DNA from: Monocercomonoides exilis PA203
Taxonomy: Eukaryota; Protista; Preaxostyla
Direction of reading: 5' to 3'
Length of the DNA stretch: 64,000 bases
Assembly: GCA_001643675.2 (NCBI GenBank)
Contig: LSRY02000032.1
Span: forward strand, 248,001-312,000
Shown here: one piece after another, positions 62,444 through 64,000 of the stretch
Position numbering within the stretch: position 1 is the first letter of the stretch
Layout of the letters: every line of letters starts with the position of its first letter
Notes under the pieces: model-generated
Database searches by the model: none
Told to the model about the DNA's origin: nothing
The model's input: only the letters and a program-made list of their open reading frames with translations
Translations under genes and position numbers: made by a program

Positions 62444-64000
62444 TATGCATTTGCTAATGACGTTATATTTCCAACGGAGTTTGCTTCATCTGCTTTTGAT
62501 ATTTTCAGTACTTTTTTCTTTTTTTCTCAGCACCGAGTAAAAACTTATTTACGAAAAATCTTACAAGGCAATTGTAGATGGAGTGATGAATGGATTTAAT
62601 GGGTGTATATTTGCATACGGACAAACAGGAACAGGAAAAACATTTACAATGGCTGGAACCCCTGAACTGCCAGGCATCACACAACGTTCATTTGATCATA
62701 TCTTTGCAGCAATAAATCAAGCAGACGATACAAAAAAATTTCTTGTTACAGTTTCGTACCTTGAAATTTACAATGAGCAAGTAAAGGATTTATTGTCGAA
62801 AGCACCAGGATCAGATAACATAAAAATTCACGAATCGCCAGAACTTTAGATTCATGTTCCAGATTTGACAGCACTTTTATGCGAAAATTCCGCATCGATG
62901 CAGCAAGTGATGGATCGTGGAGCAAAAAGACGAACAGTAGCAGCGACAAAGATGAACCAAGAGTCTTCTCGTTCGCATGGTATTTTCATTATTTCGATAG
63001 AATGTGCAGATGTGGCCATTTTGGATGCTGATGGGAAGCCTCTTGTGAAAGTGGGCAGGCTGAATCTTGTTGATCTGGCTGGTTCTGAGCGTCAGTCAAA
63101 AACAGATGCTTCAGGCAAGCAGCTTGTGGAAGCTGGTAACATCAACAAGTCGCTGTCAACACTGGGAGAGGTCATCAACAAGCTGACCAGAAAGAACCCA
63201 GAATTCATTCCCCATCGAAACAGCAAACTGACGCGACTTTTGCAGGACTCGCTTGGCGGGAACAGCCGAACAGTGATGATTGCAAACATCGGCCCAGCTG
63301 AATACAACTACGAAGAGACATCCTCAACGTTGAGGTATGCAAACAGGGCAAAGCAGATTAAGAACAATCCAGTGGTGAACTGTGCTCAGGATGCGATGGT
63401 GCTGAAGATGCAGGAGGAAATAGCGAAACTGAAGAAGATGCTGGAAGAGCGCAACACAGAGAAAATTGTGGTGGCTGACGAAGAAATCATCAAGAAGCTG
63501 CAGATTGAAATGGAAGAGAAAGCGAAGGAAAAAGAAAGTGCATTGGAGAGTGAGAAGGAGCGACTGGAAGAAGAACGGAAGAAGATTGAGCAAGAATTGA
63601 GAAGGAGAGAAGAAGAGGCAGCGAAGGAAAGAGCAGAGAGAGAGATAGCAGCGCGGAAGCTGAAGCACATGGAGGAGAAAGTGATCAAAGGAGGGACACA
63701 TCTGCAGGACATGCAAGCGAAGCACAAGAGGCAGATGGAAGAGATGAAGCGGAAGATGGAGGAGCAGAAGAAAGAGGAAGAGCGGAAGAGGGTGGAAATG
63801 GAGAAGGCGAAGGAAAGAGAGCTGGAGGAGGAGCGGAAGCGGCTGCTGGCAGACAAGGAGACGCTGGAGATTGACTTGCGGCGGACGCACCAGTCGTTGG
63901 AGGAGGAAGTGGCACACAAAAACAAACAGTTGGAGAAGATTCTGCAGTCGCACAAAGAGGCGAGGCGGCAGGTGCAGGTGATGGACGAGGAGATGAACCA
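62444..64000 (+). pseudogene. Kinesin-2 (KIF3-like) motor plus coiled-coil stalk; in-frame TAA (62538) and TAG (62847); 5' exon(s) not found; runs off the window
   Basis: FANDVIFPTD|TE*KLIYE; GFNGCIFAYGQTGTGKTFTM; VSYLEIYNE; NQESSRSH; LNLVDLAGSER; INKSL; RNSKLTRLLQDSLGGNS; NIGPAEYNYEET..TLRYANRAK. Intron 62479-62530. The frame is open from 62850 to the window end. Confidence 0.85.

Noticed and set aside
1-64000. Genome-wide TAA/TAG=Gln or TGA reassignment
   Set aside because: PIG-L, USP and the 16093 gene end at TAA, the receptors end at TGA, and the 2714-codon ORF contains no in-frame stop codons.
1-64000. tRNA or rRNA genes
   Set aside because: None recognised by eye; tRNAscan-SE/Infernal would be needed to exclude them.

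Overview
AT-rich eukaryotic (protist) genomic DNA with short GT-AG introns. The gene families and composition suggest an oxymonad such as Monocercomonoides (inference, not checked). Intact genes: PIG-L (GPI de-N-acetylase) head-to-head with a multi-exon USP20/33-like deubiquitinase, a type-I membrane beta-helix/IPT-TIG protein, and an 8.1-kb intronless surface receptor with a C-terminal kinase-C-lobe (pseudokinase) region. A second member of that receptor family opens the window and carries one in-frame TGA. A kinesin-2-like gene at the right end has in-frame TAA and TAG codons at Gln-compatible sites. The rest is mostly mobile DNA: a decayed DIRS-type tyrosine-recombinase retrotransposon with nested MITEs, several MITE families and two perfect long palindromes. 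The main finding is a set of TIR-bounded non-autonomous elements from different families (GGG-TIR with 4-bp TSD, hAT-like with 8-bp TSD, long-TIR). Each carries fragments of the same surface-receptor ectodomain family, and the two full receptors share a near-identical TM/cytoplasmic cassette behind divergent ectodomains. Together this is a candidate transposon-assisted ectodomain-shuffling system. All alignments and identities were made by eye.
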